Of a stretch of DNA of 64,000 nucleotides, positions 53,661 to 62,881 are shown in pieces; the first letter of the stretch is position 1; the number at the start of each line of letters is the position of its first letter. Source of the stretch: Candidatus Daviesbacteria bacterium. Lineage in GTDB: Bacteria > Patescibacteriota > Microgenomatia > Daviesbacterales > UBA10151. The notes beneath the pieces were generated by a model. The model saw nothing but the letters and a program-made list of their open reading frames with translations. It did no database searches and was not told the DNA's origin. The DNA is taken from positions 212,550 through 276,549 of the forward strand of contig JAQUSJ010000001.1 in assembly GCA_028715175.1 (NCBI GenBank), written 5' to 3'. A program made the position numbers and the translations under genes.

Positions 53661-55148
53661 TTAATAATTCAAAGTCCCGGATTGAATAGCTCCGGAAACA
53701 AATTTGTTGTTTTCTGAAACAGCGGTACTTAAGGTTACAATTGGTAAAGTAAAGGAAAATCTGCTGCCTTTTCCCGGTTCTGATTCAACCCAGATTTTAC
53801 CGTGAAGTTTTTCTATAATTGATTTAGAGATGTATAATCCCAGACCCGTGCCTTTGCTTGCTTGTTGCAGCTTATTAGAAACTCTGAAGAATTTACTAAA
53901 GAGGTGCGGAATTGCCTCCGGCGGTATCCCGATACCGTTGTCTGAGACAGTAGTCGTAATGTCATTCGGGGAAACTTTTACAAAAACCTCTATTTTTCCA
54001 TTTGGATTAGTGTAGTTTATTGCATTAGAGACAAGGTTGGTTATTACTTCGTTTATTCTGATAGGGTCGGTAATAACTTTGGGTAATGTTTCAGTTGGCG
54101 GAAGTGTACTCAAGACAATATTTTTTTGAGTAGCTTGACTTTTTAAATCTTCAACCGCCTTGGTTAGTATAGGCAGATAGTCGGTTGGTTGCGGAGAAAC
54201 GGATAGTTGCTCTTTTTCGATTTTATTAACATTAAGCAGATTTTGAATCAAGGTTTGGAGCTGTTTGGCAGCCACAAATGCTTTGTTCAACAGATCTAGA
54301 TTTTCTGCAGGGACTTTGCCTTTGTTTTCATCGAGGAATACAGACAGATAACCGACAATACTGGTTAAGGGTGTTTTTAACTCATGTGATGCCATAGACA
54401 CAAAATCCAATTTCATTTGCTCCAGCTCTTCTTCTTGAGATAGATCATGGATTATTAAAATGCAGTTTAGATTAGTTTGTACCGCACTGCCGACCTGTGT
54501 AGTCGTCAGTTTGACTTTGACTTGTCTGCCATCTTTGCCGATAAGTCTTGCTGTTTGGTTAAAGCTTTCCTGACAGTAAGTTTTAACCAGGATTTCTTCT
54601 TGGTCGGAGAATAGATGGATCGCCTGGTCAACCGATTTACCAAGGACATCGGATTCTCTGAGACCTGTCAGCTCTTCTGAAGCTTTATTCAAAAACACGA
54701 TATTTTTATTAAAATCCAACGCAATAATTCCATCAATTATTGATGAAAGAATCTCGTCAAATTTATTTTTTTCTGAGATTGCAGTAGCCTGATCATTTTC
54801 AAGTTGCTGGATTATTTTTGAGAGTTTGTCTGTCATGAGGTTAAATGAGTTGCCTACGTCTTCAAATTCATCGTTTGAGTGAAGACTAATTCTATGATTA
54901 AGATTGCCATTGGAAAAAATCTGTGCGCTTTTAATAAAAGTGTCCAGCGGTTGCAATATCCAAAGTACTAATACGACAGCTAAAATTGCGCTGGCTGCTG
55001 CTGCCAGAATATAAAGCAAGGCTGTGAGCGGGATGATCAGTCCCAGAAGACAGGGAAAGATTGTCGCTAAAACTACAATTAGGATAACTTTAAAACGGAG
55101 TGTTTTTTTTGCCTGTTTAACAGGCGAGCTTTGGGCAGCTTGGTTCAT
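53661..55148 (-). CDS. sensor histidine kinase (2 TM, HAMP-like, PAS, HisKA, HATPase_c)
   Basis: H-box (MASHELKTPLTSI), N, G1 (DNGIGIP), G2 (GTGLGL) boxes. Confidence 0.85.
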   Translation of the reverse strand: MNQAAQSSPVKQAKKTLRFKVILIVVLATIFPCLLGLIIPLTALLYILAAAASAILAVVLVLWILQPLDTFIKSAQIFSNGNLNHRISLHSNDEFEDVGNSFNLMTDKLSKIIQQLENDQATAISEKNKFDEILSSIIDGIIALDFNKNIVFLNKASEELTGLRESDVLGKSVDQAIHLFSDQEEILVKTYCQESFNQTARLIGKDGRQVKVKLTTTQVGSAVQTNLNCILIIHDLSQEEELEQMKLDFVSMASHELKTPLTSIVGYLSVFLDENKGKVPAENLDLLNKAFVAAKQLQTLIQNLLNVNKIEKEQLSVSPQPTDYLPILTKAVEDLKSQATQKNIVLSTLPPTETLPKVITDPIRINEVITNLVSNAINYTNPNGKIEVFVKVSPNDITTTVSDNGIGIPPEAIPHLFSKFFRVSNKLQQASKGTGLGLYISKSIIEKLHGKIWVESEPGKGSRFSFTLPIVTLSTAVSENNKFVSGAIQSGTLNY

Positions 55149-55247
55149 GTTATTTCCAGCGTAACAGAAGTGAGATCCTTGTTCAACTCTAACTTTGGCC
55201 TGTACTGAGTCCTTCGGTAGAACTCAGGGTAGACTGCGCCGAAGTGT

Positions 55248-55321
55248 ACCGCCAACGGGAGTCGAACCCGTGATTTCTTGGATGAGAACCAAGTGTCCTG
55301 GACCACTAGACGATGGCGGCA
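55248..55321 (-). tRNA. tRNA-Glu (anticodon CUC); CCA not encoded
   Basis: Reverse complement GCCGCCATCGTCTAGTGGTCCAGGACACTTGGTTCTCATCCAAGAAATCACGGGTTCGACTCCCGTTGGCGGTA folds as a cloverleaf and closely matches bacterial tRNA-Glu (UCGUCUAGnGGcCCAGGACAC D-arm); coordinates +/-1. Confidence 0.85.
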
Positions 55322-55386
55322 AGTCAAACTTGCCAGTCGAGTTTGACTCGACGGCGTGGTCAAATTATACTTACCAGACACTTAAT

Positions 55387-55415
55387 TGACAAGATATGTT
55401 AATCAATATATAATC
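55387..55415 (+). promoter_or_regulatory. consensus sigma70 promoter (TTGACA-17-TATAAT) driving the ~165-nt greA leader
   Basis: Perfect hexamers and spacing. Confidence 0.6.
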
Positions 55416-55558
55416 CATTTTAATATGACACTTGCTAAAGCAATGGTTTCAAAAAAAATTGTCTCCCTTTTCACATCTCCTTGCCGGGGGGGCCACTATG
55501 GCCAACAGGCGCAGGGAGGTCTTTTTAGGTAAAAAAACCTAAAATCCCAAAGCAAAGG

Positions 55559-55585
55559 AGACCTCCTCAAAAGGGAGGTTTTTTA
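55559..55585 (+). promoter_or_regulatory. greA leader terminator hairpin (ACCUCC-UCAAAAG-GGAGGU plus U6) ending at the greA ATG; upstream GGGAGGUC could pair alternatively with GACCUCC (antiterminator)
   Basis: Read directly; E. coli greA has a leader terminator (GraL). Confidence 0.45.
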
Positions 55586-56076
55586 TGGCTGGAGTAAAAC
55601 AACAATTGACAAGAAACGGACAAAATATCTACATTACTGCCAAGGGTTTAGCTGATGCTAAAGTAGAGTTGGAGTTTTTGAAAAAGACTAAGAGGGTTCA
55701 AATTGCCGAAAAAATTCATCAGGCCAGAGAATATGGAGATCTGGCTGAGAACTCTGAGTATGATGCTGCGCTGGAAGAACAGGCTATGGCAGAAAGCCGC
55801 ATTTCGGATTTAGAGGACATCCTTAAAAGCGCAAAAATCATAGAAAATCAGCATACTCAAGATTTTGTGGTGATCGGATCAACAGTCAAAGTTGAGATGG
55901 ATGAAGGAATTGATGAATTTACTATAGTAGGAAGAGTTGAAGCTGATCCCTCCAAAAAAAGAATCTCCAATGAATCGCCTTTAGGTCAAGCTCTTATGGG
56001 TGTTCAAAAAGGAGAAACAATTGAGGTAACAACGCCGATAGTCAGATATAAGTGTAAGGTTCTTGACATAAAATAA
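55585..56076 (+). CDS. greA: transcription elongation factor GreA
   Basis: N-terminal coiled coil with conserved acidic tip (YGDLAENSEYDAA) plus FKBP-like C-domain. Confidence 0.85.
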   Translation: MAGVKQQLTRNGQNIYITAKGLADAKVELEFLKKTKRVQIAEKIHQAREYGDLAENSEYDAALEEQAMAESRISDLEDILKSAKIIENQHTQDFVVIGSTVKVEMDEGIDEFTIVGRVEADPSKKRISNESPLGQALMGVQKGETIEVTTPIVRYKCKVLDIK

Positions 56077-56103
56077 AAAGAGTTAAAATTAGAGGATAAA
56101 ATA

Positions 56104-57408
56104 ATGCCTAAAATGCCTAAAAGATTTGCAAAAGAGCCTTTAATTGAATTTAATCCAAAACTGCCAAAGCTTTCTGAGAACGAGAGTAAAGTTTTAAAGC
56201 TTTTGGTGGAAGCGGCAAAATTGATCGTCCCAATTTATAAACTTCAGGAAAACCAAAAACCCCTAGAAGGAATTAAAAAAGCAGCAAAAAAAAATCCGGC
56301 AATCCTTTCTCCATATACCGTAATTGAAGAACAAAATGGGAAACTGGTAGCAATTCCTTACCATGTCAAATATGCAGATTTATTAAAACCTATTGCAGAG
56401 AAATTGAGAGAAGCAGCCAAAATAACAGAGAACAAAGAGTTCGGTAAAGCGTTAAAGATCCAAGCAAAAGTTTTATTGGATGGAACTTACGAGCAAGCAA
56501 GTGCTGCATGGCTTAAGATGGAGCCATATATTTTAGATATATCCATCGGCCCGCTACATCATTATGACGATCGATTATTTTTCTCAAAGGCCTCTTATCA
56601 TGCTTGGGTGGGAGTAATTGATAGAGAAGGAACAGATAGACTCCTTAATTATAAGGCTGTGACACTAAGTGTGAGGAGGAAGACGCTTTCGCCCAAGGAG
56701 CGAATTGAACCAAAAAAAATGAAGGTGAAGGTGCTAGATGTAGTTATATTTTCGGGTATTATGGCCCGAACAAAATTTGTGGGGTTAAATCTGCCGATTG
56801 ATACAAATTTTGTTGAAAAATATGGGGCTGATGTTACTCTTTTTAATCAATCAAATGACTTAAGGTTTATGGAACAGGTTCTGCCAACTTTTAATCAAAT
56901 ATTCTCAAAAGATTTTAAACAAGGTTTTAGCGAGGAGGATTTAAGAAGAGGCTATCTGCGTTACACTGCCCTCCACGAACTGGCCCACAGCTATCTTTAC
57001 TATAAAAATGCCGCTAAAAACTTGGAAGATTTATTTCTTTGTATTTATGAACTTGCTGCTACTATTTTGGGACTTCGCTTGGCAGGATCATTGTTACTGA
57101 AAGATAGGATTACAGATAAACAACTTCAGTCCATGATTGTAGCCTATACTAGCAGATGTATCTACTTAATGAAGAAAGGCGGAAATGGTAGATTTATGAT
57201 GAAGTATGTTTTGGGAAGCACTATATTTATTAACTTCATGCTTGAGAGTGGTGCTTTAAGATGGATTGACAATCAGATTATTTCTAATTTCACCAAAATA
57301 TTTGTTTCGCTGCACGATTTATCGAATATATTAGAGAGTTTATTGATTCAAGGTACCAGAAAAGATGCAGAGTCCTTTATAAATAAGTATGCAAGTGATT
57401 TGTCTTGA
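56104..57408 (+). CDS. hypothetical protein with HExxH zinc-metallopeptidase-like motif (TALHELAHSY)
   Basis: 434-aa soluble ORF; motif only. Confidence 0.45.
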   Translation: MPKMPKRFAKEPLIEFNPKLPKLSENESKVLKLLVEAAKLIVPIYKLQENQKPLEGIKKAAKKNPAILSPYTVIEEQNGKLVAIPYHVKYADLLKPIAEKLREAAKITENKEFGKALKIQAKVLLDGTYEQASAAWLKMEPYILDISIGPLHHYDDRLFFSKASYHAWVGVIDREGTDRLLNYKAVTLSVRRKTLSPKERIEPKKMKVKVLDVVIFSGIMARTKFVGLNLPIDTNFVEKYGADVTLFNQSNDLRFMEQVLPTFNQIFSKDFKQGFSEEDLRRGYLRYTALHELAHSYLYYKNAAKNLEDLFLCIYELAATILGLRLAGSLLLKDRITDKQLQSMIVAYTSRCIYLMKKGGNGRFMMKYVLGSTIFINFMLESGALRWIDNQIISNFTKIFVSLHDLSNILESLLIQGTRKDAESFINKYASDLS

Positions 57409-57450
57409 ATTTTTATTTCAATGAAAGTATAATTTCAAATCTACAAAGCT

Positions 57451-58353
57451 ATGGCTACAGAGGCGGCGGAAGCAGGAGACTCATTAAGAGAATCAGTTGG
57501 TTTATCTCTCGTATTACCACGAGGAAACCCGGTAACACGTATCCATAATGGGATTTTTTATGAAACTCACAGAGTAACACCCAATAATATGTGGGCATTA
57601 AGATTTAGAGCTTTGCCTTTTGAAAAACAGCTAGGTTATGATTCGTTCCGTACCCATGATGAAATTCGTCACCATATCCAGCCCAGACCTGGTCGATTAG
57701 TAGAAGTAGAATTTGCCAGAATAAGATATAAGGGTGAAATGGTAGATATCGGGGTTGTTACTCAGGAGATAGCAGATATTTCTGTAGATGGACAGAAAAA
57801 AAGAGGATTGTCCATAGGAGTTAAGGTAGTTGACCCCAAATTTGAAAATCGCGATATAGGCACTCAACTTTTAATAGATGCGCTTCTTGAACACGATGGA
57901 ATTGATTTTGTTACAGGTAGAAGCAGAAATGGACGCGTATACCGTTATCTCGAGAAGTCTTTCCTTATCGAGAAAACTTTTCCGCTTGACGGAGAATTTA
58001 CTCCTGAAATTGTGGAAGCGCTTCGTCAAATTCTCGATATAACTAATTTCAAACAAATAGCAGATTTAAGAATCGGTCTTTGTGTAGGTATTTATCCTCT
58101 GGCAGATAGCGCACTTTTTATTGCTCCTAAAAATAACCCAGCAGCTGAAAGAATTGTTAATAGACTGACAGAATTGGGGGTGGAACCTGGAGGACTGAAT
58201 GGGCTAAGGTATTATGCAGTGGTTGATAAAGAGGCAGTAATGACTGCAAGGGATAAATATGCAGGAAACGAGATTTTAGAATCTACTCCTAGGTTATCGT
58301 CCTTAGGAACTTTACGTGACAAAATCGTTAGTTTGTTTCCTTGTCGTCATTAG
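57451..58353 (+). CDS. hypothetical protein
   Basis: 300-aa ORF with no recognisable motif. Confidence 0.45.
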   Translation: MATEAAEAGDSLRESVGLSLVLPRGNPVTRIHNGIFYETHRVTPNNMWALRFRALPFEKQLGYDSFRTHDEIRHHIQPRPGRLVEVEFARIRYKGEMVDIGVVTQEIADISVDGQKKRGLSIGVKVVDPKFENRDIGTQLLIDALLEHDGIDFVTGRSRNGRVYRYLEKSFLIEKTFPLDGEFTPEIVEALRQILDITNFKQIADLRIGLCVGIYPLADSALFIAPKNNPAAERIVNRLTELGVEPGGLNGLRYYAVVDKEAVMTARDKYAGNEILESTPRLSSLGTLRDKIVSLFPCRH

Positions 58354-58393
58354 ACTTCTTTTAAAAATTCACAGCTTCGGTTATACTTTACCC

Positions 58394-59872
58394 ATGGCTT
58401 TAGAGGATTTGCAGAAAGAAAGACTTAAAAAGTTAAAAAATATTCAAAGATTAGGGATTAATCCATATCCCGCCTACGCTAAAGCTGCGGCGGGCAAGCC
58501 TGCAAGAATTGATATTGATCGCGCACGCAAGTTGATGGGTAAGAAAATGGTGGTGGCCGGAAGAATCAGGTCGTTGCGTCCTCATGGCAAAATTACTTTT
58601 GCAGACATAGAAGATGTAACAGGCAAGGTTCAGCTTCTTTTTAGACAGGATAACCTCAAGGGTGAAAAATATGACTTCTTACAAAATCTTGATCTGGGAG
58701 ATTTTATTGAAGTTTCTGGTGAAGTAATGAGAACTCAAGCTGGAGAAATTACAGTTGATGTGGTAACTCTTTCAATTTTAACCAAAAGTTTACGTCCTCT
58801 TCCCTCAAACTGGTATGGACTAAAAGATGTGGAAGAAAGATACAGGAAAAGATATGTTGACCTTTTGATGAACCCGGGCGTCAAAGAAATTTTAGAGACC
58901 CGCTCCAAAATCATTTATACAATCCGTAAATTTTTAATAGAAGAAAAAGGATATATTGAAGTAGAAAACCCGGTTTTGCAGCCTGTTTATGGCGGGGGAA
59001 GAGCCAAACCTTTTAAAACTCATCATAATTCTTTAGATAGCGATTTTTATCTTCGCATTTCCAATGAGCTTTATTTAAAAAGGCTGATTGTGGGAGGTTT
59101 TGAGAAAGTTTTTGAAATCGGACATGTTTTTCGTAATGAAGGCATGGATAGAAATCATAACCCGGAATTTACCATGTTTGAAACAATGGAGGCTTATGCA
59201 GATTATAAAGATAATATGAATTTGATAGAGGAGATGTTTGAATATGTAGTCAAAAAGGTCTTTGGTAAAACAAAGCTTTCGTATCAAGGGAAAATGATTG
59301 AATTTAAAAGGCCCTGGCAAAGGATTAAATTGATAGATTTATTTAAAAAGCATACCGGAGTGCATTTACATGAAATTGATACTTTAGAAAAAGCAACTTC
59401 TCTAGCCAAAAAATTAGGAGTTGAGATAAAAGATTATATGACTGATGGAGAGATACTGTTGGAGATTTTTGAAAAAAAGTGTACAGATCAGCTGATTCAG
59501 CCGACATTTGTATATGATTATCCAGCTGATTTTTATCCCTTGGCAAAAAGGTGTGCTGATAACCCTAAGCTGGTTGAGAGCTTTGATATTTATGTGGCGG
59601 GAATGGAGATGGGAACCAATTGGAGCGAACAAAATAATCCCCAGGCTTTAAAAGAAGCCTGGATTGTTGAAAAAAAGAAAATGAAAAAAGGCAATTTGGA
59701 GGCTCAGAAGACTGACGAGGATTTTCTGGAAGCTTTGGAGTATGGTATGCCGCCTACTTCTGGTATCGGCCCGGGGTTGGATAGATGGGTAATGGTAATG
59801 ACTGATTCCCCTTCCATCTCGGATGTAATAGCATTTCCCATGCTAAGACCTGTGAAGAAAAACAAAAAATGA
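58394..59872 (+). CDS. lysS: lysine--tRNA ligase (class II)
   Basis: Start at MALEDLQK...; HVFRNEGMD motif 2, GMEMG, C-terminal motif 3. Confidence 0.85.
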   Translation: MALEDLQKERLKKLKNIQRLGINPYPAYAKAAAGKPARIDIDRARKLMGKKMVVAGRIRSLRPHGKITFADIEDVTGKVQLLFRQDNLKGEKYDFLQNLDLGDFIEVSGEVMRTQAGEITVDVVTLSILTKSLRPLPSNWYGLKDVEERYRKRYVDLLMNPGVKEILETRSKIIYTIRKFLIEEKGYIEVENPVLQPVYGGGRAKPFKTHHNSLDSDFYLRISNELYLKRLIVGGFEKVFEIGHVFRNEGMDRNHNPEFTMFETMEAYADYKDNMNLIEEMFEYVVKKVFGKTKLSYQGKMIEFKRPWQRIKLIDLFKKHTGVHLHEIDTLEKATSLAKKLGVEIKDYMTDGEILLEIFEKKCTDQLIQPTFVYDYPADFYPLAKRCADNPKLVESFDIYVAGMEMGTNWSEQNNPQALKEAWIVEKKKMKKGNLEAQKTDEDFLEALEYGMPPTSGIGPGLDRWVMVMTDSPSISDVIAFPMLRPVKKNKK

Positions 59873-60459
59873 ATATAATTGACTTAAAGAAAATATTGAA
59901 AGTTTTTTTGACGCTGCAATGGGCTAAAGAGCTTCCCAGACAGGGTTTTATTGCCTTGGGTTTTAAAAGGAATGAAGCGGACTCTGTTGCAGCACATTCT
60001 TTTACAACGGGACTGCTTGCCTATTTTTTGGCCAGACAATTACAAAAAGAAGGTATAAAAATAAATGCCGATAAAGTTTTGAAGATGGGACTTGTACATG
60101 ATATCGGCGAAACAATTGTTGGAGATGTCGGGACTTTTGTAAAAGGTATGGCAGGCGGAGTTTTTCGCAATATCGAAGAAGAAGGAGTGAAAGCGTTGCT
60201 TGAGGGTTTGGATTCGGAACAGGAAATAATAGAGTTGGTTGAAGAATATAACGAGAGAAAATCTGTTGAAGCAAGGGTGGTGAAAACGGCAGACAATCTG
60301 GATGCCCTGGCACAAGCCAAGGGTGTACCTGGGGCTCGAGATGCGTTAAAATATTTTAAGCAAGTGCATCATATAACTAAATTCGACTGGCACAAAAAGG
60401 CAGTTGATTTGATACTTTCCGGGGAGGTAGAACCTGCCAGAGGCTGGCAGAAACACTGA
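59869..60459 (+). CDS. HD-domain phosphohydrolase (YfbR-like 5'-deoxynucleotidase family)
   Basis: H...HD metal-binding motifs (AHSF..., LVHDIGE). Confidence 0.6.
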   Translation: MNIIDLKKILKVFLTLQWAKELPRQGFIALGFKRNEADSVAAHSFTTGLLAYFLARQLQKEGIKINADKVLKMGLVHDIGETIVGDVGTFVKGMAGGVFRNIEEEGVKALLEGLDSEQEIIELVEEYNERKSVEARVVKTADNLDALAQAKGVPGARDALKYFKQVHHITKFDWHKKAVDLILSGEVEPARGWQKH

Positions 60460-60461
60460 TC

Positions 60462-61700
60462 ATGTTAGATATTAATTACATTAGAGATAATTTGGAAAAA
60501 GTAAAAAAGGGAGTGGTTGCTAAAGGTTATCCTGTGGATTTGGTAGATAAAGTTTTGGAGCTTGATAAAACTCGCCGGCAGTTAATACAGGAAATTGACG
60601 AACTTCGCTCAAGAAAAAATAAAGCAGCTGAGGCAAGAGACGTGGAGACTGGTAAAAAAATTAAGGATGATCTTCATGAGAAAGAACCAAGACTTAAGAA
60701 AACAGAAGAAGAACTGGAAGAAGTATTAATTGCTATTCCTAATCCTCCATCTCCAGAGGCCCCTATTGGTAAAGACGAAAACGAGAATAAAGTTGTTAAA
60801 ACTTGGGGGCAACCGCAAGAATTTAAATTTAAACCCCGTGACCATATTGAGCTGGGGGAAAATTTGGGGATACTTGATTTTGAAAGTGGGGCTAAAGTTG
60901 CAGGATCTCAATTTTACTTTCTTTATAATGAAGGAGCGCTTTTAGAAATTGCATTGATACAGTTTGCTTTAAGCCTTTTATCCAAAGAAGGATTTACGCC
61001 GGTTATTACCCCTGATTTGGCTAAATCAAGACATTATTTGGGAACCGGATATAATCCGAAAGGTAAAGAGGCACAAACTTATACCATTGAAGGAGAGGAT
61101 TTGGGACTTATCGCAACGGCAGAAGTAGCATTGGCCGGTAAACATGCAGATGAGATTATCCCCGAGAAAGACTTGCCTATAAAATATATTGGTTATTCTC
61201 ACTGTTTTCGGAAAGAAGCTGGATCCTATGGTAAATATTCAAAAGGTTTATTTCGAGTCCATCAATTCACCAAAGCAGAGATTTTTATTTACTGTCTACC
61301 GGAGGAATCAGAAAAAATGCATCAATATCTACTATCCTTGGAAGAAAAGATTTATCAGGAACTTAAAATTCCTTACCGAGTAGTGGAAATGTGTACAGGG
61401 GACTTAGGAGCCATGGCCGCCCGGAAATTTGATATCGAAGCCTGGATGCCGGGTAGAAATGAATATGGAGAGGTGACATCTACTTCAAATTGCACAGACT
61501 ATCAGGCTAGGAATTTAAATATTCGCTTGAGGAGAAAAACCGGTGAATTGGAGTTTGCACATATGCTAAATGGAACCGCAATTGCAACCTCAAGATCAAT
61601 TATTGCCATCTTGGAAAATTTTCAAACTGAAGATGGCTCAGTTAAAATTCCCGAGGTTTTACAAAAATACGCCGGATTCTCCGAAATTAAACCTAAATAA
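60462..61700 (+). CDS. serS: serine--tRNA ligase
   Basis: N-terminal coiled-coil arm, class II motifs (FRKEAGS, GYSHCFR...), GNAIAT-like C-terminus. Confidence 0.85.
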   Translation: MLDINYIRDNLEKVKKGVVAKGYPVDLVDKVLELDKTRRQLIQEIDELRSRKNKAAEARDVETGKKIKDDLHEKEPRLKKTEEELEEVLIAIPNPPSPEAPIGKDENENKVVKTWGQPQEFKFKPRDHIELGENLGILDFESGAKVAGSQFYFLYNEGALLEIALIQFALSLLSKEGFTPVITPDLAKSRHYLGTGYNPKGKEAQTYTIEGEDLGLIATAEVALAGKHADEIIPEKDLPIKYIGYSHCFRKEAGSYGKYSKGLFRVHQFTKAEIFIYCLPEESEKMHQYLLSLEEKIYQELKIPYRVVEMCTGDLGAMAARKFDIEAWMPGRNEYGEVTSTSNCTDYQARNLNIRLRRKTGELEFAHMLNGTAIATSRSIIAILENFQTEDGSVKIPEVLQKYAGFSEIKPK

Positions 61701-61702
61701 AC

Positions 61703-62761
61703 CTATATTCCTTGTCTTTGGCGGATGAGATCAGCTGCAGAAGTTGCAGACGGAGTGCCTCCTACTTGCCCAAAGCTTGCTGAACCTGTAGCAGTTGAGG
61801 GAGAAGGTTGCGCAGAAGTTGTGGCAATTGGTAGAGTGGGTTTAACTTGAGTTGTTTGCGGCGTGGTCGTTGCCGGCAAACTTGTTGTCCCCTTAGACGG
61901 TTGGCCAATGCCAAGTATAAAATATGCGGAAGCGCCTATTACTAAGATTAGCAGTCCCCCTGCTCCTACACCAAGCAGCCATTTTGGTATACCTTTGCGA
62001 CTTTCAACAGAAAGCGTTGATACTTCCGGGTTTGTAGTTGGGCTTGCGGGAGATGTAACTAATGTTTCAGGCGCAGATTGAACCAAATCTTGCTGCGGGT
62101 TATTGGTTATTAGATGAGAAAGATCTGTCGGAGCAGCTTCCTGGTTATTCATCCAGCTTGGCTGTGAGGGATTTGCAGGTGTTTCGCCCCATGGATTGTC
62201 TAGCGGTGAAGTAGCAGGAGACGGTTCATTGATGCCGCCGATAGGGTTAGCAGCCGGAGGAGTGAAAGTGGGAATTGATTCCGGTTGAGTTGGAGCTGGT
62301 ATCGGTGGTGTTGGAGTTTGCGGCTGTGGAATTGGTTCCGGTTCGCTCGGAACTGGAGGGGTCCAGGTAGAGGTTTGCGGGTTTGACCACGGGTTGGATA
62401 CTGCTGGTTCCGGTAGTACTGTAGGTTGGGTCGGCGGCTGGACTGGGGATGGAGGAGTCCAAACTGAGCTAAGATCAGGTCCGGCGCTTACTGATGCAGG
62501 CGGGCTAGCGCCCGGACTGGTTTGAGTTGTATCTTGAGCCCATGGAGAAAGAGGAGCTTGAGCGGGGCCTGGTTCCATAAAGGGTGTAGCAGGTTCTGAA
62601 ACTGGAGGCCAACTTGGTATCGGAGATGGTGGTGGAGCTGGTGTCTGGTTTGGTTCAACAATTGGTTGCGGTTGGGTGGGGGTTGGTTCCGGTTCGCTCG
62701 GAGCTGGTATCGGTGTCGGATTTAGGTTAGTAGGTGAATTTTGGTTATTAGGGTTATCCAT
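61703..62761 (-). CDS. Pro/Thr/Ser-rich low-complexity protein with a single internal TM segment
   Basis: 352-aa ORF; internally repeated PEPEP.P.QP blocks; TM (LLGVGAGGLLILVIGASAYFIL). Confidence 0.45.
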   Translation of the reverse strand: MDNPNNQNSPTNLNPTPIPAPSEPEPTPTQPQPIVEPNQTPAPPPSPIPSWPPVSEPATPFMEPGPAQAPLSPWAQDTTQTSPGASPPASVSAGPDLSSVWTPPSPVQPPTQPTVLPEPAVSNPWSNPQTSTWTPPVPSEPEPIPQPQTPTPPIPAPTQPESIPTFTPPAANPIGGINEPSPATSPLDNPWGETPANPSQPSWMNNQEAAPTDLSHLITNNPQQDLVQSAPETLVTSPASPTTNPEVSTLSVESRKGIPKWLLGVGAGGLLILVIGASAYFILGIGQPSKGTTSLPATTTPQTTQVKPTLPIATTSAQPSPSTATGSASFGQVGGTPSATSAADLIRQRQGI

Positions 62762-62823
62762 TAGGGCAGTTTTCTAGATAGTGTTAGTGTAAGGCAAGAA
62801 TATACTTATTGTCAATCATTTTA

Positions 62824-62853
62824 TTGCGAAGCAAGAAGCTTGTCTTATATAAT
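62824..62853 (+). promoter_or_regulatory. putative secA promoter (TTGCGA-18-TATAAT)
   Basis: Near-consensus hexamers 28 nt upstream of the secA ATG. Confidence 0.45.
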
Positions 62854-62881
62854 ATGTGGTACAAAACAAAGCTTACTATTT

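Noticed and set aside
55145-55389. ORF-track entries 55145..55381 (-) and 55195..55389 (+)
   Set aside because: They overlap the tRNA-Glu gene and its GC-rich flanks; spurious open frames created by tRNA sequence.
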